From Paramicrosporidium saccamoebae KSL3 (taxonomy: Eukaryota > Fungi > Cryptomycota): a DNA stretch of 32,000 nucleotides. This document shows positions 31,882 through 32,000 of the stretch, one piece after another. Location of the stretch: positions 40,793-72,792 of the forward strand of contig MTSL01000101.1 of NCBI GenBank assembly GCA_002794465.1. Reading direction: 5' to 3'. Under the pieces are notes generated by a model, which saw nothing but the letters and a program-made list of their open reading frames with translations, did no database searches and was not told the origin of the DNA. Made by a program: the position numbers and the translations under genes. Position 1 is the stretch's first letter, and each line of letters begins with the position of its first letter.

Positions 31882-32000
31882 AGTGTAGATTAACATGGTA
31901 GAGTTAAAGCTTCAGTGCGGTCTTTTTGTGTCACAGGAAGACATGGAAGTGTACAATAGTCGGGTTTAAAAAAGAGGATAACAGATCTGGTGTAAGGATT

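Overview
Eukaryotic nuclear DNA from an extremely compact, intron-rich genome. About 28 protein-coding genes fill 32 kb. About 50 GT-AG introns, all 28-40 nt, can be reconstructed, and several head-to-head start codons are only about 20-80 bp apart. Gene content (monofunctional thymidylate synthase, Csm1, Loc1, Erv46, Tom70, fungal-type complex I 9.5-kDa subunit) points to an early-diverging fungal relative. A Rozellomycota/Paramicrosporidium-like parasite is my inference, not proven. Order: BRE1-like (partial), TOM6-like, NAP1, uncharacterised protein, TOM70, NDUFA3, MRPL32, mL45/Mba1, ARH1, PUT1, SEC61, ARPC4, tail-anchored ACBP, FIS1, MCCC1, orphan, ERV46, NBS1, MPC2, CENP-X, ZIP transporter, thymidylate synthase, RPS24, LOC1, Apq12-like, secreted KSP-repeat protein, ADK, CSM1, EFL1, tandem CHHC zinc-finger gene. 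Several genes are absent or fragmentary in the ORF track because of micro-introns. The most striking is a spliced gene at 31516-31881+ encoding two tandem CHHC (U11-48K-type) zinc fingers. This is the architecture of GTSF1/Asterix small-RNA silencing cofactors, which is not expected in a fungal-lineage genome. No tRNA, rRNA, CRISPR array or transposon was recognised. All family assignments come from remembered motifs, not database searches.
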